Shown in pieces: positions 29,526-39,365 of a DNA stretch of 64,000 bases; the stretch's first letter is position 1, and the number at the start of each line of letters is the position of its first letter. This DNA comes from Geopsychrobacteraceae bacterium. Its GTDB lineage: Bacteria; Desulfobacterota; Desulfuromonadia; Desulfuromonadales; Geopsychrobacteraceae. Position numbers and translations under genes: made by a program. The notes below the pieces were generated by a model. It did no database searches. It was given only the letters and a program-made list of their open reading frames with translations, and was not told where the DNA came from. The stretch is from assembly GCA_963662315.1 (NCBI GenBank), contig OY759353.1, positions 1,696,001 to 1,760,000 of the forward strand, written 5' to 3'.

Positions 29526-31451
29526 ATGAACATTGTACAAAAAATTATTTCTTCCCATATCGAAGAAGGAAAAACACTGCCTAACGTCCCCGGGGAGGAG
29601 GTTGGACTCGTTATTGACCAAACCCTAACCCAAGACACTACTGGAGTCCCGGCGTGCTTATCTTTTGAAGCAATGGGACTTGAAAGAGTCAAAACTCAGG
29701 TTTCTGTCAACTATGCCGACCATAACACCCTGTATGTGGGCTATAGAAATGCAGACGACCACCAATACCTCAGAACAGCTTCACAAAAATACGGCATGGT
29801 CTTTTCACCTGCGGGTACAGGAATTTGCCATCAATTGCACCTTGAAAATTTTGCGAAGCCTGGCTGCACACAGCTCGGAGCCGATAGCCACACTCCAACG
29901 GCTGGAGGCATTGGTGCCCTTGCAATTGGTGCGGGAGGCCTATCTGTCGCTATGGCAATGGGAGGGATGCCCTATTACATATCCATGCCCAAAGTGGTAC
30001 GGGTCACCTTAACTGGAGAACTGACTGGCTGGGCCTCAGCAAAAGACATCATTCTTCACCTATTGAGTGTACTTTCAGTAAAAGGTGGCGTGGGGAAAAT
30101 ATTTGAATATGCAGGGCCAGGGGTAGCGACTCTGACTGTTCCTGAGCGCGCCATCATTACAAATATGGGGGCTGAACTCGGAGCAACGACTTCAATATTT
30201 CCTAGCGATGAAATGACTCGCCAGTACCTCGCCTCAATGGGGCGAGAAGAGGACTATACCCCCCTCAGCGCGGATGAACATGCTATCTACGATGAAGAAA
30301 TTGTCATCAACCTATCATCCCTTGAACCACTCATTGCGACCCCTCATATGCCAGACAAAGTTGTTCGGGTTGCTGATCTTGCGGGATTAAAAGTCGAGCA
30401 AGTTGCAATCGGATCTTGCACTAATTCATCGTATGCGGACCTCAAACTAGTTGCTGAATTATGGCAAAACAACCAGTGTGACCAAAACCTTGATGTTCTC
30501 GTTGCCCCAGGCTCTAAAATGGTGGTCAATTTACTAGCACGAGAAGGGCTTTTAGAACCAATCCTTGTTTCAGGTGCACGACTTCTTGAATGTGCGTGCG
30601 GTCCCTGTGTAGGAGTTGGGGGATCTCCCGTTTCCAAGGGAGTCAGCATCAGAACATTCAACAGAAATTTTGAAGCCCGTAGTGGAACGAAAGACGCCCA
30701 AGTTTACCTCGCAAGTCCTGCTGTGGCAGCAATGGCAGCCATTCACGGCCAAATCACTGATCCCGCAACATGGGGTGATGCTCCCAAAACTGCGCGATTA
30801 CCCGAAAAAGCACCACACACCAGGCATCTTTTCGTGATGCCAGCAAATGATCCCAAAAGTGTAGAGGTCCTATATGGACCTGGGATCAGCAAAATACCAG
30901 TAATGAATGCTCCTGGCGATACCATTGAAGGGCCAATACTGATCCGTGTCGACGACAACATAACGACCGACCACATTCTACCTGGCGGTTCAGATGTCAT
31001 GGCTCTTCGCTCAAATCTTCCTGCAGTATCTGAGCATATTTTCGGACGGATGGACCCCGGGTTTGCTACCCGAGCCAAGGAGGCCGGCTGTGGGGTGATT
31101 GTCGCCGGCGAAAATTACGGCCAAGGATCAGCTCGTGAGCATGCAGCATTATCCCCCCGATATCTTGGAGTCCAAGCTGTTATCGCAAAATCTTTTGCAC
31201 GTATACATCGAGCAAACCTCCTAAATTTTGGGATCTTACCTTTAATCCTTGAAGATCCCTCTGATCATAAAAAATTAGAACAAGCAAAAACCGTAACGAT
31301 TCCGATGACCAGACTTATTCCTGGACAACCTTTGAAAATTTCAGTGCAAGGGGTTGGAGATATTTCTGTCCACAACGACCTATCCGAGAGGGAATACGCC
31401 AGCGTCAAAGCCGGTGGAGAACTCAATCTTGCCGCAAAGAGAAGTTCCTGA
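29526..31451 (+). CDS. Aconitate hydratase family protein (~640-aa type)
   Basis: TQDTTG, DHN, GICHQ, GADSHT, GSCTNS, CGPCVG, FNRNF, TTDHI and GQGSAREHA motifs. Confidence 0.9.
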   Translation: MNIVQKIISSHIEEGKTLPNVPGEEVGLVIDQTLTQDTTGVPACLSFEAMGLERVKTQVSVNYADHNTLYVGYRNADDHQYLRTASQKYGMVFSPAGTGICHQLHLENFAKPGCTQLGADSHTPTAGGIGALAIGAGGLSVAMAMGGMPYYISMPKVVRVTLTGELTGWASAKDIILHLLSVLSVKGGVGKIFEYAGPGVATLTVPERAIITNMGAELGATTSIFPSDEMTRQYLASMGREEDYTPLSADEHAIYDEEIVINLSSLEPLIATPHMPDKVVRVADLAGLKVEQVAIGSCTNSSYADLKLVAELWQNNQCDQNLDVLVAPGSKMVVNLLAREGLLEPILVSGARLLECACGPCVGVGGSPVSKGVSIRTFNRNFEARSGTKDAQVYLASPAVAAMAAIHGQITDPATWGDAPKTARLPEKAPHTRHLFVMPANDPKSVEVLYGPGISKIPVMNAPGDTIEGPILIRVDDNITTDHILPGGSDVMALRSNLPAVSEHIFGRMDPGFATRAKEAGCGVIVAGENYGQGSAREHAALSPRYLGVQAVIAKSFARIHRANLLNFGILPLILEDPSDHKKLEQAKTVTIPMTRLIPGQPLKISVQGVGDISVHNDLSEREYASVKAGGELNLAAKRSS

Positions 31452-31565
31452 GAGCAGCGTTTGCCCAAAGCTAGCTACACAGGACCTGCACCTCACATGT
31501 AGCCCCTTTTTACAGGGGCTACAGAAGAAATAAATAAACTTCATAAACGCAAGGAGAGACAATTT

Positions 31566-32735
31566 ATGTCACAAGTAAATGGCTTCAACATGAAAGGTAT
31601 CAGCACCAAAATCATTCGAGGCGGTTCGTCAAAAGGAATACACTTAGACATTAGAGACCTTCCCCCAGAAGGTCCTGAAAGAGATGATGCTATTCTAAAA
31701 GTATTTGGTTCTCCAGACATGCGCCAAATTGATGGCCTTGGTGGTGCAGACAAACTGACCAGCAAACTTTCCGTAATGGGCCCTCCAACTAGAGAAGATT
31801 GCGACATAGATTATTTATTTGGACAAGTCAATATTGCAATGCCAAAAATTGACTGGAAATCCAATTGCGGAAACATTTCTTCCGGCGCCGCTCTCTATGC
31901 TGCTTTGGAAGGTAAAGGACAAAGAAAAGGGGACATGATGGAAATCTATGTCCACCAAGCGAATACCGGTCGTAGACTCAGGACACTTGTTCCCATGAAA
32001 AACGGCTACCCTGCAACCGAGGGAGACTTTTCTATTGGCGGTGTTCCCGGAACTGGGGCGGAACTCGTTTTAGATTTCTACGATTTTGCTGGATCAGCCC
32101 TAGGAGGTCAGATTCTTCCTACCGGTAGTCCAGTTAACCGTTATAACATTCCGGGTGTTGGTCCTTTAGATGTCAGTGTTGTAGATTTTGCCAATTTACA
32201 CTTTTTCGTTCGTGCTAGCGATATCGGACTTGACCCTACCCGCTCAATTTATGAGTTACAAGAAGATCGCGAACTGGTTAACCGCTTAGAAGCAGTACGT
32301 AAAGCCGTATCCAATGAAATTGGATTTATCACCGGTCCAGACGCTGATGAACAGCTTAAAATCAGTATGAACCCTCTTATTTTCGCTGTAGCGCCACCCA
32401 CAACTTATACTGCTACAAATAATTTTGTAGTTGAGAAAGAGTCACAGAACATCACATCACGCTCTCTGGCACGATTCGCTTTTTCTAAAGCTTACCCTGG
32501 ATCAGGATCAGCCGGAACAGCAGTTGCTTGCGGCATTAAAGGCACCCTTGCCAATGAAGTATTTGCAGATGAAATTACGGATGGCAAACCTTACTCTGTA
32601 CGTTTAGGCCATCCTGGCGGGGTCCTTGAAGTCATTGCAGAAATATCACAAAAAGAAGATTCCATTTCTGTCACTAAAGCACAGCTCGGCAGAACGGCAC
32701 GACTGATCATGGAAGGAACTTGTTACATCCGTTAA
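31566..32735 (+). CDS. PrpF family isomerase (aconitate/methylaconitate/methylitaconate isomerase-like)
   Basis: RGGSSKG, GSPD.RQIDGLGG, DYLFGQV, NCGN, GHPGG and RTARLIMEG motifs. Confidence 0.88.
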   Translation: MSQVNGFNMKGISTKIIRGGSSKGIHLDIRDLPPEGPERDDAILKVFGSPDMRQIDGLGGADKLTSKLSVMGPPTREDCDIDYLFGQVNIAMPKIDWKSNCGNISSGAALYAALEGKGQRKGDMMEIYVHQANTGRRLRTLVPMKNGYPATEGDFSIGGVPGTGAELVLDFYDFAGSALGGQILPTGSPVNRYNIPGVGPLDVSVVDFANLHFFVRASDIGLDPTRSIYELQEDRELVNRLEAVRKAVSNEIGFITGPDADEQLKISMNPLIFAVAPPTTYTATNNFVVEKESQNITSRSLARFAFSKAYPGSGSAGTAVACGIKGTLANEVFADEITDGKPYSVRLGHPGGVLEVIAEISQKEDSISVTKAQLGRTARLIMEGTCYIR

Positions 32736-32756
32736 TATTGGTGTAAAAAATCCTTG

Positions 32757-32788
32757 TCGACCCGGCATTTCATGCCGGGTCGATTTTT
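32757..32788 (+). terminator. Rho-independent terminator
   Basis: TCGACCCGGCAT-TTC-ATGCCGGGTCGA followed by TTTTT. Confidence 0.85.
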
Positions 32789-32817
32789 ATTTAAGTCCTC
32801 CCAAGCCAACAACAACC

Positions 32818-33010
32818 TTTCACCAGATGAAATTAGCTTCTCACTAAGCAGCATTTCCCCCAAAAGCCCCTTATCGCACAAAAGAATACAAAAACCAAAA
32901 CACCGATATTACAACGATTTTTAGAAATCTAGCATCCCTTCAAACATCTTGAGCCAAATCTAAATACTTGCTATATTTCATTTAGTGGTTTCAACTTTTA
33001 TCAAATGAAA
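32818..33010 (+). promoter_or_regulatory. Promoter and operator array of the acnA-CoA-transferase operon
   Basis: Distal box TTTCACCAGATGAAA (32818); TTGAGC-17-TATATT (32949-32977); boxes TTTCATTTAGTGGTT (32976) and TTTTATCAAATGAAA (32996). Confidence 0.7.
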
Positions 33011-33085
33011 TTTCTCCATATTGTTTTCGCCTTGCAAAAAAACTTTTGCCCCAGGCCAACCTTAAAAGATAGGGAGAACAGAAAC

Positions 33086-35659
33086 ATGATTAAATCAGTT
33101 GACTTTAATAAGCTATATAAACAATTCCCACATCTCAAAAAACAACCAATTTCAAGACGTATCTTATTAGAAAACGTTGTCAGGAAAGATCAAAAGTCTC
33201 CTCACCGAGAAGAGACTATTGAAGCTCTCGTTTACGGGGGCCCCACCGAAATCGAATTTTGGCCATCCCGTATCATTATGCAGGATTATGCAGGAATGCC
33301 TGCGTTGATTGATCTAGCAGCGCTAAGAAGTGCAGCAAAAGACATGGGGGCTGATCCCAACTCAATCAATCCCCAAGTCCCTGTCACCCTCGTAGTCGAC
33401 CATTCTGTAATGGCAAATGAAACTAGACGGGTTGATGCTCTCGAAATCAATTTAAAGGATGAATTCAGAACAAACGTCGAGAGATACACCTTTCTCAAAT
33501 GGGCATCAAAAGCCTTTAAAAATTTACAAATCGTTCCACCTGGCCAGGGCATAATTCACCAGGTAAATACCGAGCATTTTGCCACAATTGTGACCGAAAA
33601 AACGCATCACGGAACTCCTTGGCAATATCCAGACACTCTCATTGGAACAGACAGTCATACAACAATGGTTAACGGTATGGGAGTCTTAGGTTGGGGGGTA
33701 GGTGGAATTGAAGCTGAATCCGTTATGCTAGGGGAACCCATATCAATGGTGGCCCCTGAAGTTGTTACGGTCTGGCTCGAAGGAGAAGCGGCTAAGGGAG
33801 TATTAGCAACAGATATTGTTCTTAGCCTAACAGAGATGTTACGCAAGCAAGGTGTTGTTGGGAAGATAATTGAATTTTGTGGTCCTGGAGTCAATTCATT
33901 ATCTACGACAGATCGTCTAACGATCTCAAATATGTCCCCCGAATTTGGCTCGATGGCAGCTTTTTTCCCTGTCGATAACAAAACCCTTGGTTACCTCACC
34001 ACCACTGGTCGATCAAGATATCAAAATAAACTCGTAGAAAACTATTTAACCAAGAATAGCCTATTCTATTCTCCAGAGTTCCAGCCAGAGACCGACTTTC
34101 AACTAAGTTTCAACCTAAACGATGTCAATCGGATTATAGCAGGCCCCAAACGACCCGATGAAAAAAGAAACTTACATGAAGTACCAAAGGCCCTTTACGA
34201 GTTAGGCGTTAGGAAAGACCACAAGAATTCAGAATTTTTATCCTCAGGCGATATTGTCATTGCAGCAATAACCAGTTGCACCAATACGGCAAATCCAGAA
34301 GCAATGATAACCGCTGGACTTTTAGCCCAGAATGCCAGGAAGCATGGCCTTACTGTAAAGACTTCGATAAAAACCTCTATAGCTCCGGGGGCAAAAGTTG
34401 TCACCTCCTATTTACAAAATTTAGGCTTACTAGAGGATTTATCAGCATTAGGATTTAATGTCGTTGCCTATGGCTGCACAACATGTGTTGGCAATTCAGG
34501 AGAACTGACCAAGGAGGTCTTGGACGTATTAGAACAAAAAGACATTCTAGTGTCTTCAATATTGTCAGGAAACAGAAACTTTGAAGGTCGTATTCATCCC
34601 AAAATAAAGGCTAATTTTTTAGCCTCTCCACCACTAGTAATCGCATATGCCATTGCTGGCACGATGAATATTGATCTGGAGAAAAGTCCCCTCGGCATAT
34701 CCAAAACAGGTCAGCCCGTTTTCCTCCATGACCTTTGGCCATCCCAAGAAGCTATAGCAAACGCACTACATCAAGCAATTACATCAAACATATTCATTGA
34801 AAACTACAAAACAGTGCTGGAAGGAAATGCTGATTGGGAAACCCTCAATGCTCCAGAATCTGATGTTTTTCCATGGAACAGTAAGAGTACCTATCTACAG
34901 AAACCTCCATTTTTTGAATTGCCACCATTATTTAACCCAGGCCGCTCAATTTTAGACAGAGCAGTCCCATTGGCAATACTAGATGACCATATAACGACAG
35001 ATCATATCTCTCCGGTTGGACGAATTCCAGAGGATAGCCCTGCCGCCAATTACTTAATAGCAAAATCAGTTTCGCCTCAAGACTTCAACGCATTCGGTGC
35101 ACGTCGCGGAGAGCATGAAGTGATGGTCAGGGGAACGTTTACAAATATTCGCTTGCGTAACCATCTCGTGAGTCGAGCAGGAGGATGGACCTTAACGACT
35201 CCAGAGGACAAAGAGACCACGATTTACGATGCTGCCATGACTTACATATCTCGTAAACGGGACATCATATTGTTTGCCGGCAAACAATATGGCGCAGGTT
35301 CTGCGCGGGATTGGGCCGCAAAAGGGACAAGGCTCTTGGGTGTAAAAGCGGTTATCGCCGAAAGCTTCGAAAGAATACATCGTGCGAATCTCGTTCGCAT
35401 GGGGGTTTTGCCTCTTCAAATAGTTGGAGAGAAAGCACTTTTCGACCAAGTAGAACTAAATCACCACTCAGAAATATCAATTGAAGCTGCTGTCAACGAC
35501 ATCCATCCATTTGCAGAACTTAAAGCTGTCATCATCAACCATAAGGAGGAAAAAAAGGAATTTTTTGTAAAAGCAATAATCGAAACAGATGCTGAAAAAG
35601 ATTATTTGCTGTCTGGAGGCATCTTACCCCATGTAGCAATGAAATTTTTATCGCACTAA
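33086..35659 (+). CDS. acnA: Aconitate hydratase, AcnA/IRP type (divergent)
   Basis: QDYAG, VDHSV, GIIHQVN, GTDSHTT, ITSCTNT, GCTTCVGNSG, GNRNFEGR, TTDHISP and GSARDWAAKG motifs; GGGAG RBS before ATG 33086. Confidence 0.88.
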   Translation: MIKSVDFNKLYKQFPHLKKQPISRRILLENVVRKDQKSPHREETIEALVYGGPTEIEFWPSRIIMQDYAGMPALIDLAALRSAAKDMGADPNSINPQVPVTLVVDHSVMANETRRVDALEINLKDEFRTNVERYTFLKWASKAFKNLQIVPPGQGIIHQVNTEHFATIVTEKTHHGTPWQYPDTLIGTDSHTTMVNGMGVLGWGVGGIEAESVMLGEPISMVAPEVVTVWLEGEAAKGVLATDIVLSLTEMLRKQGVVGKIIEFCGPGVNSLSTTDRLTISNMSPEFGSMAAFFPVDNKTLGYLTTTGRSRYQNKLVENYLTKNSLFYSPEFQPETDFQLSFNLNDVNRIIAGPKRPDEKRNLHEVPKALYELGVRKDHKNSEFLSSGDIVIAAITSCTNTANPEAMITAGLLAQNARKHGLTVKTSIKTSIAPGAKVVTSYLQNLGLLEDLSALGFNVVAYGCTTCVGNSGELTKEVLDVLEQKDILVSSILSGNRNFEGRIHPKIKANFLASPPLVIAYAIAGTMNIDLEKSPLGISKTGQPVFLHDLWPSQEAIANALHQAITSNIFIENYKTVLEGNADWETLNAPESDVFPWNSKSTYLQKPPFFELPPLFNPGRSILDRAVPLAILDDHITTDHISPVGRIPEDSPAANYLIAKSVSPQDFNAFGARRGEHEVMVRGTFTNIRLRNHLVSRAGGWTLTTPEDKETTIYDAAMTYISRKRDIILFAGKQYGAGSARDWAAKGTRLLGVKAVIAESFERIHRANLVRMGVLPLQIVGEKALFDQVELNHHSEISIEAAVNDIHPFAELKAVIINHKEEKKEFFVKAIIETDAEKDYLLSGGILPHVAMKFLSH

Positions 35660-35707
35660 CAAACATTCTATTCATTGTGAAAATGAATTTTATTGAAGGA
35701 GAAAAAA

Positions 35708-36913
35708 ATGTCTTTTCAACCCTTAAAACGATTCCGGGTTATTGATCTGACGAATGTGCTATCTGGTCCCTTTTGTGGGCATCTTTTGACCCACATGGGA
35801 GCAGATGTTATCAAAGTAGAAGTCCCAAGATCAGGAGATCTTGCACGTCAGTTAGGAGCAGATCCCGATCTCAATAGCAAGAAGATGGGAGTTTCATTTT
35901 TAGCACAAAATGCTGGAAAAAGATCAATTACTATAGATCTGAAAGCTGACGAAGGGAAAAGCTTATTCAAACGTTTAATTAAGTCAGCAGACGTTCTGGT
36001 GGAAAATTTTAGACCAGGTGTCATGGATCGATTAAAACTCGGCTTCGAAGAATTAAAGCAGATCAACCCCTCACTTATCTATTGCGCAATTTCTGGTTTT
36101 GGTTCTGAGGGACCATTAAGAAATAAGCCCGCATATGACCAAATTATTCAAGGCATGTCTGGCGTAATGAGCATCACAGGAGCCCCTGAGACAGCTCCAT
36201 ATAGAGTCGGATATCCTATTGCAGATACAATTGGCGGCATGAGTGCAGCGTTTGCAGTTTCATCCGCGTTAGCAAGTCGCAATGGAGAACAGGGAGACGC
36301 TGTTTTCATTGATGTATCAATGCTAGCGTCAACTATGTCGACAATGGGATGGGTAGTATCCAATTACCTCATCGCCGGCAAAGAACCAAAACCAATGGGA
36401 AACGACAACTTCACTGCAAGCCCATCAGGTACATTTAGTACTGGTAAAGGGTTATTAAATATTGCTGCCAACAAACAAGAACAGTTTGAAGCACTCTGCC
36501 AAGCAGTTGGGGTCCCAGAACTTGCCTCTGATGCACGGTTCTCTGAACGGCAGAATAGATTAAAAAACAGGGCAGAATTGCAAACCATTTTAGAGGCAGC
36601 CTTAGCAACTAAAACTGCGACAGAATGGGTTGAGATTTTTACTTCTGTCAGCGTTCCTTCGGGTGAAGTTTTTTCAGTACCTGAAGCATTAAACAATCCG
36701 AACTTAGATCGTTCAGAAATCATCGGAACCTTTGAGAATGTTGAAAACGTGGGTAAAGTTGAGATTTTTAGACCAGGGTTCAAAATTAATGGTTCAACTC
36801 CTTCAGTAAAAACCCCTCCTCCTACATTGGGTCAGCATACAGAAGAAATTCTTAAAGAGCTTGGCTACTCGCAACAGGAGACAGATCATTTAAAAGAGCG
36901 TCACGTTATCTAA
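35708..36913 (+). CDS. Class III CoA-transferase (CaiB/BaiF family)
   Basis: VIDLTNVLSGP, GADVIKVE, NAGKRS, ENFRPG, ISGFG, AYDQIIQ (catalytic Asp) and LGQHT motifs. Confidence 0.92.
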   Translation: MSFQPLKRFRVIDLTNVLSGPFCGHLLTHMGADVIKVEVPRSGDLARQLGADPDLNSKKMGVSFLAQNAGKRSITIDLKADEGKSLFKRLIKSADVLVENFRPGVMDRLKLGFEELKQINPSLIYCAISGFGSEGPLRNKPAYDQIIQGMSGVMSITGAPETAPYRVGYPIADTIGGMSAAFAVSSALASRNGEQGDAVFIDVSMLASTMSTMGWVVSNYLIAGKEPKPMGNDNFTASPSGTFSTGKGLLNIAANKQEQFEALCQAVGVPELASDARFSERQNRLKNRAELQTILEAALATKTATEWVEIFTSVSVPSGEVFSVPEALNNPNLDRSEIIGTFENVENVGKVEIFRPGFKINGSTPSVKTPPPTLGQHTEEILKELGYSQQETDHLKERHVI

Positions 36914-36921
36914 AACGTATA

Positions 36922-36955
36922 GATATAGGGAGTTTTACTTGAAACTCCCTATATC
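36922..36955 (+). terminator. Hairpin after the CoA-transferase
   Basis: GATATAGGGAGTTT / AAACTCCCTATATC 14-bp stem. Confidence 0.65.
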
Positions 36956-37452
36956 CAGCCTGATTAGAGCTGTTAACAAAATATTGGCTAACACAATGAG
37001 CTCAATATCTGGGAGATACTACACTTATTTCGAATAAGAATTCTTAATGCCCTTAGGCGAAAGTCGTGTAAACTTTTCGGGCTCCGGATTTGCCTTTTAA
37101 AATTTCGCGTCCCATTGAACCACTGCACTATCAAGAAGAACAGATCCTTCCAATAAAAGTTCCTACCAAAGACAAAAGCTCATATAGAAATAAGTTTTAC
37201 GCAAAAATTAACAATCATTTTTCTGGGCTATGCAACATCAAAGAAATGTCATATAATGAAAGTCATTTTTACTAGGCCCTGAGTATATTTTTTGCTCAGC
37301 CTTCGTAAAGAAAACTTTGAGTATGTTTACAATTATCTCAGTATAAGCGTTCTTCAATTCCGAGCCTCGGAAGAAACATATCTCTTCATCATCGCTAGAG
37401 CCCACAATATCTTTGCTATAAAAATTAAATGCACACTCAATTAGGAGGAATT

Positions 37453-38205
37453 ATGCCAAAAGAAAATAATAAGTCTCAACCATCTGTAAGAGCCCTGGAA
37501 AGAGGGCTAGATATCCTTTCATGTTTCCAGGGAGCAACAGATCCAATCCCATTGACGACTATTGCAAACTCTGTTGAATTATCATTAAGTACTGCTTTAC
37601 GCATACTGGGAACCTTAGAAAATAAAGGATTTATAACTCGTCAAGAAGACACAAAAAGATACAGTCTTGGCCCCAAATTACTAGGACTGGCACCTACTGC
37701 GCAGAGGATGAATAGTCTTTCAATGCTAGCACTCCCATTTATGCAAAAGTTAAATGAAAAATATGATGAAACGATAACACTATACATTCTTTCAAATATG
37801 CAAAGGGTTTGTATTCAACGAGTTGACAGCAGTCAGACACTACGCCAAGTTATTCCTATTGGTGACATATTACCTATTGGAATAGGGGCGGGAGGAAAAG
37901 TACTCACAGCTTGGCTTCTCGATAATAAAGACATCGACTTAGAGTCGATTGCTCCTACATTTACACCTGCAATCCTAAAGCAGGTAAAGGAAAATGGCTA
38001 TGCCACCAGTTTTAATGAACGTGGTGAAGGGATATACGGTATCGCGGCTCCAATCCGTGATGCGTCAGACACTGTCGTTGCTGCCCTCTCATTATCTGGG
38101 CCTACCGCAAGATTTGACCTCGCACAATTGACAGAACTTGCGGAAGCAGTTAAAGAGACAGCAAATGAAATCTCCATTGCTCAAGGATGGTCTAATTTAG
38201 GATAA
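37453..38205 (+). CDS. IclR family transcriptional regulator
   Basis: SVRALERGLDIL HTH, GAGGKVL and GYA....ERGEG..GIAAPI...AALSLSGP motifs; AGGAGG RBS. Confidence 0.92.
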   Translation: MPKENNKSQPSVRALERGLDILSCFQGATDPIPLTTIANSVELSLSTALRILGTLENKGFITRQEDTKRYSLGPKLLGLAPTAQRMNSLSMLALPFMQKLNEKYDETITLYILSNMQRVCIQRVDSSQTLRQVIPIGDILPIGIGAGGKVLTAWLLDNKDIDLESIAPTFTPAILKQVKENGYATSFNERGEGIYGIAAPIRDASDTVVAALSLSGPTARFDLAQLTELAEAVKETANEISIAQGWSNLG

Positions 38206-38247
38206 ATAAACAAAGAACAAACAATCATATTCATAGCAAAAATCGAT

Positions 38248-38293
38248 AAAAAAATAGCCTTTACTAGAAACTGAGCAATCTAGTAAAGGCTAT
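38248..38293. terminator. Terminator between convergent iclR and tctC1
   Basis: ATAGCCTTTACTAGA / TCTAGTAAAGGCTAT 15-bp stem with an A run. Confidence 0.75.
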
Positions 38294-38327
38294 AAGAAAT
38301 CATTGATACCATGCTGATTAATCTTAC

Positions 38328-39296
38328 TTAATGCCCGATACCGATTTCTTTTACAATATCAGCCATGATTTCATCTTGCTTCGCAATGACATTAGTAAAC
38401 TCGTCGCCAGGAGTGAATGATGGAGGTTCGCCAAACAATGTAGCTCGCTTGCCATAATCCTCACTAGTGATGATCTTTTCAAATCCCTCCCGTAAAAACT
38501 TAACAATTTCAGGGGGGGTATCTTTATGCATTACAATCCCACGCCAACTGGTCAACATAGCATCATAGCCTTGCTCATGAAAGGTAGGAACATCGGGGAT
38601 TTCTGGAACACGCTTACTGCCACTAACACCAATAATCTTAAGATCACCACTTTTTATATTTTCAATGATTGCTGGGACAAAAGTACTAATAGCATTGATG
38701 TGTCCTCCTAGAACCGCTGCAATACCTTGAGAAGTACTTTTAAATGGAATACCCTTTACATCCTTAATAATACCCATGCGAAACATTGCGTCCGCTCCAA
38801 GAAAGTTCAAACTAGACCCAGCACCGGGATGTGCCCAAGTAATTTCACCAGGGTGTGCCTTTACATAGTCAACAAACTCTTTTGCGTTATTATACGGAGC
38901 ATCCTTGCCAACAGCAATTACCTGAGCGATATCTGAAGCCTGTGCAATAGCGATAAAATCGGACACCTTATAACCAACCTTGGCAATATGTGGCCCTATC
39001 GGCAGAGCTAGAGTTGCATACAGAAGCTTATAGCCGTCAGGTTTTTGCTTGGCAACATAGGATGCACCGAGAGAGCCCCCTGCTCCAGGTTTACAAGTAA
39101 TTTTTAATGGCTGTCCGAAAACCTCTTCAGCACCAGGAACAAGAAGTTCAGAGGCAAGGTGAGATCCACCACCTGCACCATAAGGAACTATCACCTCAAT
39201 AGGCTTCCGCGGGTATTCAGCTGCTGTTGCGTACCCTGCAAATGCCACTGTTAAAAAGCAGATTCCAATAGCCAAGCATAACAAATACCGTTTCAT
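38328..39296 (-). CDS. tctC: Tripartite tricarboxylate transporter substrate-binding protein (TctC/Bug), system 1
   Basis: Signal peptide; YPRKPIEVIVPYGAGGG, KPGAGG, PDGY, AVLGGH and PDVPTF.EQG motifs. Confidence 0.9.
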   Translation of the reverse strand: MKRYLLCLAIGICFLTVAFAGYATAAEYPRKPIEVIVPYGAGGGSHLASELLVPGAEEVFGQPLKITCKPGAGGSLGASYVAKQKPDGYKLLYATLALPIGPHIAKVGYKVSDFIAIAQASDIAQVIAVGKDAPYNNAKEFVDYVKAHPGEITWAHPGAGSSLNFLGADAMFRMGIIKDVKGIPFKSTSQGIAAVLGGHINAISTFVPAIIENIKSGDLKIIGVSGSKRVPEIPDVPTFHEQGYDAMLTSWRGIVMHKDTPPEIVKFLREGFEKIITSEDYGKRATLFGEPPSFTPGDEFTNVIAKQDEIMADIVKEIGIGH

Positions 39297-39365
39297 ACAT
39301 GTCGCTCCTTCTGTTCGAGTTAAGACAATGCCCATATACATTGCCATAAAAAAAATGATCTATTC

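Noticed and set aside
11186..35659. Canonical 2-methylcitrate cycle (prpBCD/acnD/prpF)
   Set aside because: No prpC in the window; the large aconitase is AcnA-type rather than AcnD; the MmgE paralogs look like generic family members rather than PrpD proper
26858..36913. Canonical itaconate degradation (Ict-Ich-Ccl)
   Set aside because: No MaoC-type itaconyl-CoA hydratase and no CitE-like lyase; the hotdog protein present has TesB motifs. Kept only as an analogy
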